Assembly: GCA_951406725.2 (NCBI GenBank)
Contig: OX597833.1
Location: 18,972,001-19,036,000, forward strand
Reading direction: 5' to 3'
Length of the DNA stretch: 64,000 nucleotides
Source of the DNA: Octopus vulgaris
Taxonomy: Eukaryota
The position numbers and the translations under genes were made by a program. This document shows positions 1-12,890 of the stretch, piece after piece (positions within the stretch are counted from its first letter, which is position 1; every line of letters begins with the position of its first letter). The notes beneath the pieces were generated by a model that was given only the letters and a program-made list of their open reading frames with translations, had not been told where the DNA came from and ran no database searches.

Positions 1-111
1 TTCTCTACTTTTGCCCAACTCCACCTTAAATACTGTTGCCCACTGTGGTCTCCCCACATGAAGCAAAGCATTATGAAAGTGGAAGCATTTCAGAGGTCAA
101 TAACAAGAAAC

Positions 112-362
112 GATGGCACGTAAAATGCACCAGCCGATCGTGACCATTGTCAGCCTCCCCTGGCACCTGTGCCGGTGGCACGTAAAAAGCACCCACTACA
201 CTCACGGAGTGGTTGGCGTTAGAAGGGCATCCAGCTGTAGAAACACTGCCAGATCAGACTGGAGCCTGGTGCAGCCTCCTGGCTTCCCAGACCCCGGTCG
301 AACCGTCCAACCCATGCTAGCATGGAAAACAGACGTTAAACAATGCTGATGATGATGATGAT
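112..362 (+). mobile_element. RTE-LINE 3' tail module with (GAT)n end; further copies near 16.2, 19.6, 21.8, 26.6, 27.1, 49.6, 50.8, 53.2, 55.3 and 62.6 kb
   Basis: Same sequence as the 3' UTR end of the RTE LINE at 44220-44430 (tggttggcgttaggaagggcatccagc...catggaaa...gttaaac(gat)n). Confidence 0.85.
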
Positions 363-429
363 TGATGGCACGACTGGCATTGACTATTGGGGTTGACTAA
401 AAACCTCAATCTTTACTGTCTCCAACACT

Positions 430-863
430 ACCGGGAGTGCTACATCATTTGTGTGATGTGGAAAATATTCCATCAATATTGCACAAATGATGTTGGCATC
501 AATTTTAAAATCCACCCATGACGTAGCCCCCGTGCTATCTGCCCACAGCAAAAATCAAACTCAGAACACATAACATCACAACACAACAACTTTACCTCGA
601 CCGGCCCAGCTTTCTTTAATATTATACCAAAATACATCAAAACGGAAATGGATCCCATAAAATTCAAAAGTTCTCTGGACAAATTTCTCTAAAAAATCCT
701 GGACCAACATCCTACACCCAGATATGTCTCCAACAATAATAACTCTTTGCTAGAGTGGGCCATAGTGCCCCATATATGACTAAAAGACTTTACCAGGTGG
801 TGCTATTAAGTTAGTCATGGCCTGGGCTTATATTGGCCTAAACCTGTCAAAGTTATCAAAGTT
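430..863 (+). mobile_element. CR1-clade LINE 3' end remnant
   Basis: Degenerate ORF2 C-terminus (GPAFFNIIPK..FKSSLDKFL..DQHP.P.Y...NSLLEW) and a short repeated tail (tcaaagtta). Confidence 0.7.
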
Positions 864-877
864 ATATATATATATAT

Positions 878-1295
878 AGGTGTAGGAGTAGCTGTGTGGT
901 AAGTAGCTTGCTTACGGACCACATGCTTCCGGGTTCAGTCCCACTGCATGGCACCTTGGGCAAGTGTTTTCTACTATAGCCTCAGGCCGACCAAGGCCTT
1001 GTGAGTGGATTTGGTAGATGGAAACTGAAAGAAGCCCATCATATGTGTGTGTGTGTGTGTGTGTGCGTGTGTGTGTGTGTACTTGTGTGTCTGTGTCTGT
1101 CCCCCCCCAACATCACTTGACAACCGATGCTGGTGTGTTTATGTCCCTGTAACTTAGTGGTTCAGCAAAAGAGACTGATAGAATAAGTACTATGCTTACA
1201 AAGAATAATTCCTGGGGATCGATTTGCTCGACTATAGGCAGCGCTCCAGCATGGCCACAGTCAAATGATTGAAACAAGTAAAAGAGTAAAAGAGT
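878..1295 (+). mobile_element. tRNA-derived SINE family A (about 420 bp; most abundant repeat here)
   Basis: A/B-box-like head (tggctgtgtgg...ggttcagtccc), ccttgggcaagtg core, internal microsatellite, (gtaaaaga)n tail. Other copies: 2400-2850(-), 7940-8360(+), 9945-10347(-), 12630-13050(-), 13285-13690(-), 20550-20945(+), 24260-24640(+), 28120-28476(-), 28855-29215(+), 60947-61340(+). Confidence 0.9.
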
Positions 1296-1449
1296 ATATA
1301 TATATATATATATATATAAGACACTTGCTCAAGGTGCCATGCAGTGGGACTGAACTCAAGACCACATAATGTGGCAGCAAGCTTTTTTTTTTTGTATCCA
1401 CACTGCTAGGCCTCTACCTGAAAAATGGAAAACAAAAATGTCCTAATTA

Positions 1450-1564
1450 ATGACCACAACCACTGCCAACGCCAACACCAACACCACCACCATCATCATC
1501 AACATCATCAACATTATCATCATCACTATCATCATTGTCATCATAAAGTTTCACCACCACCACC

Positions 1565-1616
<52 letters not shown>

Positions 1617-1643
1617 CTATCATCATTGTCATCATAAAGTTTC

Positions 1644-1693
<50 letters not shown>

Positions 1694-1762
1694 TATCATC
1701 ATCATTGTCATCATAAAGTTTCACCACCACCACCACCGTCATCATCATCATTGTCATCATTG
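1450..1762. repeat. Compound (CAC)n/(CAT)n trinucleotide repeat with a higher-order unit
   Basis: cattgtcatcataaagtttcaccacc recurs three times about 90 nt apart. Confidence 0.95.
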
Positions 1763-2290
1763 AAGTTTAATCTCTGAACAGAAGCATGTTTCAAGTGTCC
1801 AGTCCATTGGTCAAACTCCAAATATCAGAGAATAAAGATAAAAATGTGAAAAAAAAAGAAACCCCAACAAACCCTTGACTGACCTAGTGAATAGAATGCT
1901 TTGAAAATTACTCTGTTAAATCAATTAAACTTCATTTGAAAGGTACCACCTGCAGTGTTTGAGCTGAAAGACTATTTGCTAAATGACCATTAAACTGAAA
2001 GAGGAATGTGTGAAAGAAGAAAATGCTATTGTTTTTGTTATTGTAAACAGAAGGAGGAAGGAGGAGAAGAAGAAAGAGGAGGAGGAGGAGAATTAAAGAA
2101 GACATGTTTCCCTGTTTCTTTACTGGTGATAAGAGCCCCAGAAAAGTAGTTGAGGTGGGAGACAAGCCTTAGAATAAGATCAATAGATATGTGAAAGTCT
2201 TTTTAACTTTGGACTTTAACCTTTACCTTTTGTTTCAGTCAGTGGACTGCAGCCAGGCTGGGGCCTCTTCACATTATGCTTCTTTGTGTG

Positions 2291-2329
<39 letters not shown>

Positions 2330-3387
2330 TTGTTTTATGTTTCAGTCATGTGACTGTGGCCTTGCTGGGGCATGTACTATATATATATATATCTTTTCTT
2401 CTCTTTTACTCCTTTAGCTGTTTCAGTCATGTTACTGTGGCCATGCTGGAGCAACGCCTTTTAGTCAAGCACCTGAGCACTGTATACAATAATTTCATTA
2501 TTAGTATTATTATCATTAATATATAAATCGACCCCAGGACTTATTCTTTGTAAGCCTAGTACTTATTCTATCGGTCTCTTTTGCTGAACCACTAATTTAC
2601 GAGGATGCAAACACACCAGCACTGGTTGTCGAGCGATGTTGGGGGGACAAACACAGATACATAAATATATATATACATATATACGATGCGCTTCTTTCAG
2701 TTTCCGTCTACCAAATCCACACCCAAGGATTTTGGTCAGCCCGAGGCTATAGTAGAAGACACTTGCCCAAAGTGCCAAACAGTGGGAATGAACCTAGAAC
2801 ATTGTGGTTTGTAAGCAAGCTATTTACCACACAGCCACTCTTATGCCTATATATGTATTCTTTTCTGCTCTAGGCACAAGGCCCGGAATTTTTGGGGGAG
2901 GGGGGCAGTCAATTAGATTGACCCCAGGATGCTACTGGTACTTAATTAATGGATGAAAGGCAAAGTTGACCTCAGCGGAATTTGATGACTTATATATGTA
3001 TTTATGTATATATGTATATATTTTTTTATTCTTTTACTGTTTTAGTCATTTGACTGTGGCCATGCTGAAGCACTGCCTTTAGTTAAACAAATTGACCCCA
3101 GGACCTATTCTTTGTAAGCCCAGTACTTATTCTATCAGCTTCTGTTGCTGAACTGCTAGATCACAGGGATGTAAATGATGGTGGGAGGGGGACACAAACA
3201 CAGACACACAAATACATACATACATATATATATATATGTTTGAACCCTTGAACCTTCTAGAATCTTCTACATTCAACCATTGTCACTGCTTATAACAGAA
3301 TATTTTAAAGAAACACTCATTATCGCTATGGGCTCCGTGTGGGCAGTCATCTAAAAGTTTTTTTGTGCATCTTGATGCTGACATAAG

Positions 3388-3491
3388 TTCCTTACTTTTC
3401 CTGATGAGAAGGCGGCATAATGCACCCCTTATTCCTTCGAAATTAGGAATATGAAGCCTTCGAAACATACGTCGAAAATAAAATAAAGGAA
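3388..3491 (+). ncRNA. Type I hammerhead ribozyme in a short TA-flanked repeat element
   Basis: Stem I ttttc(3396-3400)/gaaaa(3474-3478), CTGATGA 3401-3407, stem II gaaggc(3408-3413)/gccttc(3456-3461), GAAAC 3462-3466, loop atac, GTC 3471-3473. Distal stem I ttcctt/aaggaa. Confidence 0.8.
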
Positions 3492-3754
3492 TTTTGTTAA
3501 TTCGTCGTTCAACTCCGTTCTTTCATTTATTTGTATTTAAAAAAATACATACATATATATATATAAGTAGATAAATGAATTATCTTATTACGGATAATTC
3601 GAGAGATAACCGATACCTGGGTAGCAAACTCACAACAGAAAGAACGCGGTTGAAATTACGACCATAGGGCATATACTCTGTGCCTTAGTGCGGAAATTTG
3701 AAGTTTAATAGTATAAGTATAGGAAAGAATGGAGCTGAACGAAGATTTAACAAA

Positions 3755-3861
3755 ATTCCTTTATTTTATTTTCGACATATGTTTCGAAGTCTGCAAAATC
3801 CCTAATTCCGAATGAATAAGGAGTCCATTATGCAGCTTTCTCTTCAGGAAATTCCAGGAAC
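3755..3861 (-). ncRNA. Second type I hammerhead ribozyme (diverged paralogue, opposite strand)
   Basis: Minus strand: tttc, CTGAAGA (3847-3841), bulged stem II gaaagctgca/tgcagacttc, GAAAC (3785-3781), palindromic loop atat, GTC (3776-3774), gaaa. Confidence 0.72.
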
Positions 3862-3942
3862 TTCTTTAGCCAACAAAACGCACAAGTTTTTAGATGACTG
3901 CTCATGAGGAGCCCATAGCGATAATGATAAATAATGTCTATA

Positions 3943-3985
<43 letters not shown>

Positions 3986-3988
<3 letters not shown>

Positions 3989-4296
3989 CATGATCACCGT
4001 GACCGACCAGGCCATCAGATGTTGTTACACATCGCTGGTCACAATGCGCTTCGCATTGTTTTAGCCTTCAAATGACGCCACCCCACTGGCTAAGCGAGCA
4101 GGCCAACAGAAGAAAGAGTGAGAGAAAGTTGTGGCGAAAGAGTACAGCAGGGATCGCCACCACCCCCTGCCGGAGCCTCGTGGAGCTTTAGGTGTTTTTG
4201 CTCAATAAACACTCACAACGCCCAGTCTGTGAATCAAAACCGCAATCCTACGACCGCGAGTCCGCTGCCCTAACCACTAGGCCATTGCGCCTCCAC
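3986..4296 (-). mobile_element. tRNA-derived SINE family D; related copies at 23150-23330(+), 25200-25380(-), 47520-47780(+), 49080-49300(-)
   Basis: tRNA-like head ggcgcaatggcctagtggttagggcagcggactcgcggtcgtaggattgcggttttgattc on the minus strand, flanked by (TA)n. Confidence 0.8.
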
Positions 4297-4910
4297 ATAT
4301 ATATATATATATATATATGGTGGGCTTCTTTCAGTTTCCATCTACCAAATCCACTCACAATGCTTTGGTCAGCCTGAGGCTATAGCAGAAGACCCTTTCC
4401 CAAGGTGCCATGCAGTGGGACTGAACCTGGAACCATGTGGTTGGGAAGCAAGCTTCTTGCCATACAGCCACTCCTGTACCTAGATATTCTTTTTTTTTTC
4501 TTTTTACTTGTTTCACTCAGTTGACTGTGGCCATGCTGGTGTACTGCCTCAAAGGGTTTTAATTGAACAATCAACCCTAGGACTTTATTTTTAAAGACTA
4601 ATACTTATTCTATCAGTAAACACATCAACATGGGTTGACAAGCAGGGGTGGGGGACAAACAAAGACACACACACACACAGACACACACATGTTTTATCTT
4701 TTATTTGTTTCAGTCAGTAGATTGTGGCCATGCTAGAGCACTGCCTTGAATTTTTAGTTGATTCTATTGATCCCAGTATTTATTTTTTTAAAGCCTGGTA
4801 CTTATTCTATGGAACCAAGAAGTTAAGGGGATGTAAACACACCAACACTAGTTATCAAGGGGTGATGGGGGACAAGTACTGACACAAAGACAAACACATA
4901 TATTTACATA

Positions 4911-5345
4911 TATGAGGTGGTACCCAAAAGTAACTGGAAATGTTCTCTCTGGGACAAGCCTGTTGCAGTTCAGGTTTTGGTTGCTAGAACCCACTTGATG
5001 TAATCCTCAAGCATCAGTCTGCCAACCAGCAGCATCAAGTGATATCGTACTTCCATGTGGTGCGCCTTTGTTTTGCTGTGCTCCCCCCCTGTTCATTAAT
5101 TTTTCTGATGGCTGAAACGAAGGAACAGTGTGCTTCTGTAAAATTTTGTTTTCTGCTGGAGAAAACAGTGGCAATAACAGTTGTCATTCTTCAATCAGCT
5201 TACAAGGATGCTGTCATGAGCAAAACACAAGTTTACAAGTGGTTTTCCTGCTTTAGGAATGGTCACTTGTCATCTGAAGACCAATCTTGTTTGGGGTGAC
5301 CGTCAACTTCCTGAACAAATGAAAACATCACGAAAATTCATGTAG
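4911..5345 (+). mobile_element. Mariner 5' remnant (transposase HTH pseudogene)
   Basis: MAETKEQCASVKFCFLLEKT...AYKDAVMSKTQVYKWFSCFRNG...ED is a mariner N-terminal DNA-binding region. Premature stop at 5299. Confidence 0.85.
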
Positions 5346-5624
5346 TGTATTCTGGAGCTCCTACCAACAAATTTTGATTGAGGGATTGCAAATTACCACC
5401 ATGTTGGTTCGTTTACATTCTGATATTTTGATGGTTTGACAAAAGATACTGGTAAAATAAGTACCACACTCAGAAAAGCATGAGTACTGAGGTGGATTTG
5501 TTTGACTATAACCCTTCGTAGTAGTGTCCCATTGACTCAAATGAATACATGATAAACAGTAAGATAACGCATTCAATATGACTAGCACTGATAGCTTTAA
5601 TTAATTAGGATTATGATGTGACAA

Positions 5625-6222
5625 GAAGGCGTTGAACTAGCAGAATTGTTAGCACACCGGGCAAAATGCTTAGTGGTATTTTGTCTGCCGCTACGTTCTG
5701 AGTTCATTGATTAAATAAGTACCGGTTATGCACTGGGGTCGATATAATCAACTTAATCCATTTGTCTGTCCTTGTTTGTCCTCTCTGTATTTAGCCCCTT
5801 GAGGGTAGTAAAGAAATAGGTATTTCGTCTGCTGCTATTTTCTGAGTTCACATTCCGCCAAGGTCGACTTTGCCTTTCATCCTTTCGGGGTCGATTAAAT
5901 AAGTACAAGTTACGCACTGGGGTCGATGTAATTGACTTAATCCCTTTCTCTGTTCTTGTTTGTCCCCTCTGTGTGTAGCCCCTTGTGGGCAGTAAAGAAA
6001 TAAGAAACATTAACGCGTGGGGCTAAATGCTCAGTTGTTTTTCGTCTGCCGTTACGTTCTGAGTTCAAATTCTGCCAAGGTTGACTTTGCTTTTCATCAT
6101 TTCAGAGTCGATAAATTAAGTACCAGTTACACACTGGAATCGATGTAATCGACTTAATCCCTTTGTCTGTCCTTGTTTGGGCCCTCTATGTTTAGCCCCT
6201 TGTGGACAATAAAGAAATCAGA
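5625..6222 (+). mobile_element. Three tandem copies of SINE family B; other copies at 6725-6958(+), 13720-14203(-), 19991-20220(+), 27350-27730(-), 29405-29635(-), 47140-47350(+), 57718-57950(-)
   Basis: Repeated ggcgagctggcagaa...gagttcaaattccgccgaggtcgactttgcctttcatcctttcggggtcgat...agccccttgtgggcaataaagaaata. Confidence 0.88.
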
Positions 6223-6619
6223 AGAGGTAAACATTATTGAACAAGGTTTTAATCAACCAAATACAAGGGAGACAACTCAAGTTAAAAATTTTGCTTTGAT
6301 TTGAGGTAATTCATCAGAACCTCCCAAGGAATTAAAATTGAGGATAGATCACACAGTGTGGTTGAGAGGTGAATAGCCAGTTCCTTGGTAGACACGGTAA
6401 CAATGCTTGATATATGGAATAGGACATAGTGTGATTATTAGCTTGATATATGGAATAGGACATTGTGTGATTATTAGGAGAGGCTATGAAAGACAATAGA
6501 AGACTATCCACTAATGTATAAGAAAGTTTAATTTTTTCATAATAGGTTTCCTTATACTTTTATAATATGGGAGTTAGAACTAAACAGACAAGTTGACAAG
6601 CCGGTAGATAAATAGGGAC

Positions 6620-6660
6620 AGACAGAAAGATAGATAGATTAGTTACATGGATAGACAGAC

Positions 6661-6700
<40 letters not shown>

Positions 6701-7005
6701 ATAAATAGACAGATAGCGAAGTGAAGGCAATCAGCTGGCAGAAACATTAGCACGCTGGGTGAAATGCTTAGCGGTATTTTGTCTGCTGCTACGTTCTGAG
6801 TTCAAATTCCGCCAAGGTCGACTTTGCCTTTCATCCTTTCAGGGTCGATAAATTAAGTACCAGTTACACACTGGGGTTGATGTAATCGACGTAATCCGTT
6901 TGCCTGTCCTTGTTTGTTCCCTCTATGTTTAGCCCCTTGTGGGCAATAAAGAAATAAGATAGATAAATAGATAGATAGATAGAAACTGACAGACAGATAG
7001 ATAGT

Positions 7006-7053
<48 letters not shown>

Positions 7054-7085
7054 AACTGGCAGACAGACAGATAGATAGACAGGTG

Positions 7086-7175
<90 letters not shown>

Positions 7176-7222
7176 CAGACAAACAGACAGACAGATAATT
7201 AGGGAGAGAGAGAGAGAGAGAT
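6620..7222. repeat. (GATA)n/(GACA)n microsatellite interrupted by a SINE B; a similar array lies at 7750-7940
   Basis: Direct inspection. Confidence 0.95.
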
Positions 7223-7749
7223 GTTTGTCCTATTATCTCTGGACATGTTCATCTTATTACTCTGTCTCAACAAAGAGTAGTCTAGTGTTCAGGGATGTTC
7301 AGTCTTGTACCTCTAAATTCTCAAGCATGTCACAACCTGTTCAACAGCAAACTGGATTGAACAGGTTCAGACTTGACTGTCACCTGGTGTCAACTCATAC
7401 AAACACAGCATGACCAACCAATAAGAGAGCCACATTGACAACTGTGGTCTGGGATATAACTTGATGAATGGTCATGTCTAGAATGCCTGTTATGACAGGT
7501 TTGCTCACTGAGGCTTGACCTGGGGGTAAAAAAAAAGAACAGCATAAGCAACAAGCATCCAGGGAGATACTCTCTTTGTGGCTCATCAGCCTGTTAGAAA
7601 TAGCAGCTAAATCTCTTTTGAGTCCCTACTACAAGTAGTAATAATTGTTTCACATTTTAGCATGAGGCCAAGCAATTTTAGAAGGAAGAATAAGTCAATC
7701 ACATCAACCCAGTCTGTCAACAGACTTTGGTGCCAGGAAGTGTTTCAGA

Positions 7750-7790
<41 letters not shown>

Positions 7791-8218
7791 GACTGACCAA
7801 CAGATAGACAGGCAGATAGATAGAGGGAGACTGACAGACTGACCGACAGACAGATAGATAGATAGATAGATAGATAGACAGACAGGCGGACAGACAGACA
7901 TAGACAGATAGATAAATAGATAGAGATAGATAGATAGATAGGCGCAGGAGTGGCTGTGTGGTTAGTAGCTTGTTTACCAACCACATGGTTCCGGGTTCAG
8001 TCCCACTACATGGGTAAGTGTCTTCTACTATAGCCTCGGGCCGACCAAAGCCTTGTGAGTGGATTTGGTAGACGGAAACTGAAAGAAGCCCGTCGTATAT
8101 ATGTATATATGTGTATGTTTGTGTGTCTGTGTTTGTCCCCCTAGCATTGCTTGACAACCAATGCTGGTGTGTTTATGTCCCCGTCACTTAGCGGTTCGGC
8201 ATAAGAGACCGATAGAAT

Positions 8219-8262
<44 letters not shown>

Positions 8263-10346
8263 GACTGACCAACAGATAGACATGCTCGACTAAAGGCGGG
8301 GCTCCAGCATGGCCGCAGTCAAATGACTGAAACAAGTAAAAGAATAAGAGAGTAAAAGAGATAGATATCAAACCCTTGTATTTGGTTGATTAAAACCTTA
8401 TTCAATAATGTCTTCTTGTCGCATTATAATCCTGATTAATTAAAGCTATCAGTGCTTGTCATATTGAGTGTGATATATCTTATTGTCTCTTACTTTTTAT
8501 CATGTATTCATTTGAGTCACTGGGGCACTACCACGAAGGGTTTTAGTCAAACAAATCAACCTCAGTACTCGTGCTTTTCTGAGTGTGGTACTTATTTTAC
8601 CAGTATCTTTTGTCAAACCATCAAATTCCTTGGTGGGCAGGAAGATTTTTGTAAACTGTATTTTGTAAATTTGAGGGTGCACCATTGAATAGCGAGGGGT
8701 CAATGCCACCCAGTGCACCTCCTTAGCGATGGGCATGTTAGTCGGACTTCATGAAATGTATTGCAGGAAGATTTTTGCAAACTGTGGGTAGGCTGGTTTG
8801 CAAGGGAGAATAGGGGATAGAAGGGAGGGGAGTACAGTGAGTAGCAAACGTGGATGGGGGAAGAGACAGATATCAGCGAGATGAGATGTGGCGGAGGGGT
8901 TTGTCAGGGGCATGGACATAAAGAACGTCTTTTTGCCTTGATTTTTTATTTAGCTGGCTGAGTATACTCAAGCTCAGTAAACTGCCATTTGTCACAGTCC
9001 TTCGCAATCTCCTCTGTCAGGCCCAACATCTGAAGATCCTTTTCCACCACTTTGTTCCATGTCTTTCTCTTCCACAGGCTCCCTCCACATCTAGGACTGG
9101 CCCTTTTTTATGCAGTTTATTCTCATCAATCCTCGTCCCATGACAATATCAGTGCAGTCTTCTTTCTTGCAAACTACTCTAGGCACAAGGCTTGAAATTT
9201 TATGGGGAGGGAACCAGTCAATTAGATCAACCCCAGTATGCAACTGGTACTTAGTTTATCAACCCCGAAAGGATGAAAGGCAAAGTCAGCCTTGGTGAAA
9301 TTTGAACTCAGAACGTAAAGACAGGCGAAATACCACTAAACATTTCACCCAGTGTGCTAATGTTTCTTATTTCTTTATTGCCCACAAGGTGCTAAACACA
9401 GAGGGGACAAACAAGGACACTACATCTGATGCCTTTAATGCCCAATTTTTTTTCTCAACATATTTGTACAGTATTTTACACATCTAGCTGAACATGCTGG
9501 CTTAATTTCTTTCAAGTTTTCACATGTCCTCAGCATTCATAGCCTCCATGTTTCACACCATGTAGCAGAGATGTTTGTACAAAAGATTCTCTCTCAGAGT
9601 GAAAGGTGTCTACCTTTCACTCTGAGGGAGAAGCCCTTTGTTTCCACCAAATATAATAACTCTCTGAACTTTACCCTGCCAGTTCTTATTCTAACAGCTA
9701 CACTTTCAAAGCATCCTCCTCCACTAATTTGGTCACCTAAGTAATGGAAACTAATCTATATGTATGTATTTATGTATGTGTGTATGTATGTATGTATGTA
9801 TGTATGTATGTATGTATGTATGTATGTATGTATGTATGTATGTATGTATTTATGCATGTATGTATGTATGTATGTATGTATGTATGTATGTATGTATGTA
9901 TGTATGTATACATGCATATGTGTATGTATGTATGTATACTCTTAACCTTTTACTCTTTTACTTGTTTCAGTCATTTGACTGCGGCCATGCTGGAGCACCG
10001 CCTTTAGTCGGGCAAATTGACCCAGGACTTATTCTTTTTAAGCCTAGTACTTATTCTATCGGTCTCTTTTGCTGAACCACTAAGTTATGGGGACGTAAAC
10101 ACACCACCATCAATTGTCAATCAATGTTATGGGGACAAACACAGACACACAAACATATATACACACATACACATATATATAAATATATATGATGGGCTTC
10201 TTTCAGTTTCTGTCTACTAAATCTACTCACAAGGCTTTGGTCAACCGAAGCTATAGTAGAAGACACATGCTCAAGGTGCCAAGCAGTGGGATTGAACCCG
10301 GAACCATATGGTTGGTAAGCAAGCTACTTACCACACAGCCACTCCT

Positions 10347-10351
10347 GTATG

Positions 10352-10385
<34 letters not shown>

Positions 10386-11812
10386 TGTATGTATGCATGT
10401 ATGCATGTATGTATGCATGTATGCATGTACGTATGTATGCATGTATGCATGTATGTATGTATGCATGTATGTATGTATGCATATATGCATGTATGTATGC
10501 ATGTAGGCATGCATGCATGTATGTATGCATGCATGTATGTATGTATATATGTATGTATGTATGCATGAATGCATGTATGTATGTATGCATATATGCATGT
10601 ATGCATGTACGTATGTATGCATGTATGCATGTATGTATGCATGTATGTATGTATGCATGCATGTATGCATGTATGCATTATGTATGTATGCATGAATACA
10701 TGTATGTATGAGTGCAATGTATGTATGCATGTAAGCCTGCATGTATGTATGTATGCATGCATGTATGTATGTATGTATATATGTATGTATGTATGCATGA
10801 ATGCATGTATGTATGTATGCATGTATGTATGTATGTATGTATGCATATATGCATGTATGCATGTATGTATGCATGTATGCATGTATGTATGTATGCAGGT
10901 ATGTATGTATGCATGTATGTATGATTGTATGCATGTATGTATGTATGTATGTATGTATGTATGCATGCATGCATGTATGTATGCATTTATGTATGTATGT
11001 ATGATTGTTTGTATGTATACATGCATGTGTGCATGTATGTACGTATGCATGTATGTATGCATGTATGTATGCAAGTATGTATGTATGCATGTATGTATGC
11101 ATGTATGTATGCATGTATGTATGTATGCATGTATATATGCATGTATGCATGTGTGCATGTATGTATGTATGTATGTATGAATGTATGCATATATGCATGT
11201 ATGTATGTATGCATTATGCATGTATGTATGCAATGTATATATGCATGTATGTATGCATGTATGTATGTATGCATATATGCATGTATGTATGTATGCATGT
11301 ATGCATGTATGTATGTATGTATGTATGCATGAATACATGTATCTATGTATGCATATATGCATGTAAGCATGCATGTATGTATGTATGCAGGTATGTATGT
11401 ATGTATGATTGTATGCATGTATGTATGCATGTATGTATGCATGTATGTATGCATGTATGTATGTATGCATGTATGTATGCATGCATGTATGCAAGTATGT
11501 ATGCATGTATGCATGCATGTATGTATGCATGTATGTATGATTGTATGTATGTATGCATGTGTGCATGTATGTATGTATGCATGTATGTATGTATGTATGC
11601 ATGTATGTATGTATGCATGTATGTATGTATGCATGTGTGCATGTATGTATGTATGCATGTATGTATGCATGTGTGCATGTATGTATGTATGCATGCATGC
11701 ATGTATGTATGTATGATTGTATGTATGTATGCATGTATGCAATACATGTATGTATATGTATGCATGTATGCATGTATGTATGCATGTATGCATGTATGTA
11801 TGTATGTATGTA
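10347..11812. repeat. About 1.47 kb (TATG/CATG)n compound satellite; a smaller array lies at 9760-9937
   Basis: Direct inspection. It explains all the long MYVC/HTYI ORFs in the track. Confidence 0.97.
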
Positions 11813-12057
11813 TTGCAGCCTTGTGTCAAGTCCTCATTTATGGCCTGTGATATGCAGGAGACCAACTGGGAGATCATTGGCTGTTATTGCCACAGATGGA
11901 GGAGTCAGATTAAGGAGGGGATCAACACCTTTGAAAACACACATATTCTTCATGAATATATATATAAATATATATATATTTATACACACACGCACACACA
12001 CACAAACGCGCGCGCACATACACACACGCACACACACAGACACACACACACACACAC

Positions 12058-12600
12058 TAGGTGCATTCCAGAAGTTTTGAGACTTTTTCAAGATAGAATT
12101 TCATTAATCAATAAAGAAGTATAAAACCCTAATATTTTCGAAAGTGGACCCTCTGACTTCAGTACACTTCTTGTAGTTCTCCAGCCACTTCATGAAGGCT
12201 CCATGCAAGTCCTCCTAAGGGAAAGTGTCCAGGACCCGTGTTACAGCCTTCTTCATCTTTTCCTTTAGCTTGGGGAACAACCAAAATTCACAGAAAACAA
12301 GATCTAGACTATAGAGAGGGTGAGGGGCAGTTTTGTTGCCCATCTCTGTCATGTGGTTGGTTACCAAGACGGAATTGTGGACTAGTGCATTGTCCTGGTA
12401 CAGGTGCTCTGGCGTTTTGCAATGAAATCTCTTCCTAAACTCCCTCAAAACTCCCACAAAGTACTCCTTGTTGACCGCTTGTCCATCGGGAACCCATTTG
12501 ATACAGAGAATGTCCTTGCTGTTGAAAAAGGGGATATTATGAGCTTTCTAGTAGACTTGCTTTGCGCCAGTGCTCAGCTCATACAAGTTAATCTATGACC
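12058..12600 (-). mobile_element. Mariner transposase catalytic-domain remnant
   Basis: QDNA..H...PHPLYSLDLVFCEFWLFPKLK is a degenerate HDNA and YSPDLAP.DF.LF motif pair. Confidence 0.85.
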
Positions 12601-12833
12601 AGTCTGGAGCAGTTAACTCTTTTTACTCTATACTCTTTTACTTGTTTCAGTCATGTGACTGTGGCCACGCTGGAGCACCGCCTTTAGTCGAGCAAATCGA
12701 CCCCAGGACTTATTCTTTGGAAGCCTAGTACTTATTCTATCGGTCTCTTTTGCCGAACCGCTAAGTTACAGGGACGTAAATACACCAGCATCAGTTGTCA
12801 AGTGATGTTGGGGGGACAAACACAGACACACAA

Positions 12834-12890
<57 letters not shown>

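Noticed and set aside
878-960. tRNA-like sequences at SINE heads (also about 4225-4295 and 23150-23225)
   Set aside because: A/B boxes are present but the acceptor stems are incomplete and they run into SINE bodies, so they are not tRNA genes.
1425-1716. Poly-His, poly-Ser and poly-Met ORFs
   Set aside because: Trinucleotide microsatellite, open in several frames, with no splice or domain support.
10189-12124. Long ORFs up to 485 aa (MYVC/HTYI repeats)
   Set aside because: Translations of the TATG/CATG satellite, which has few stop codons in any frame.
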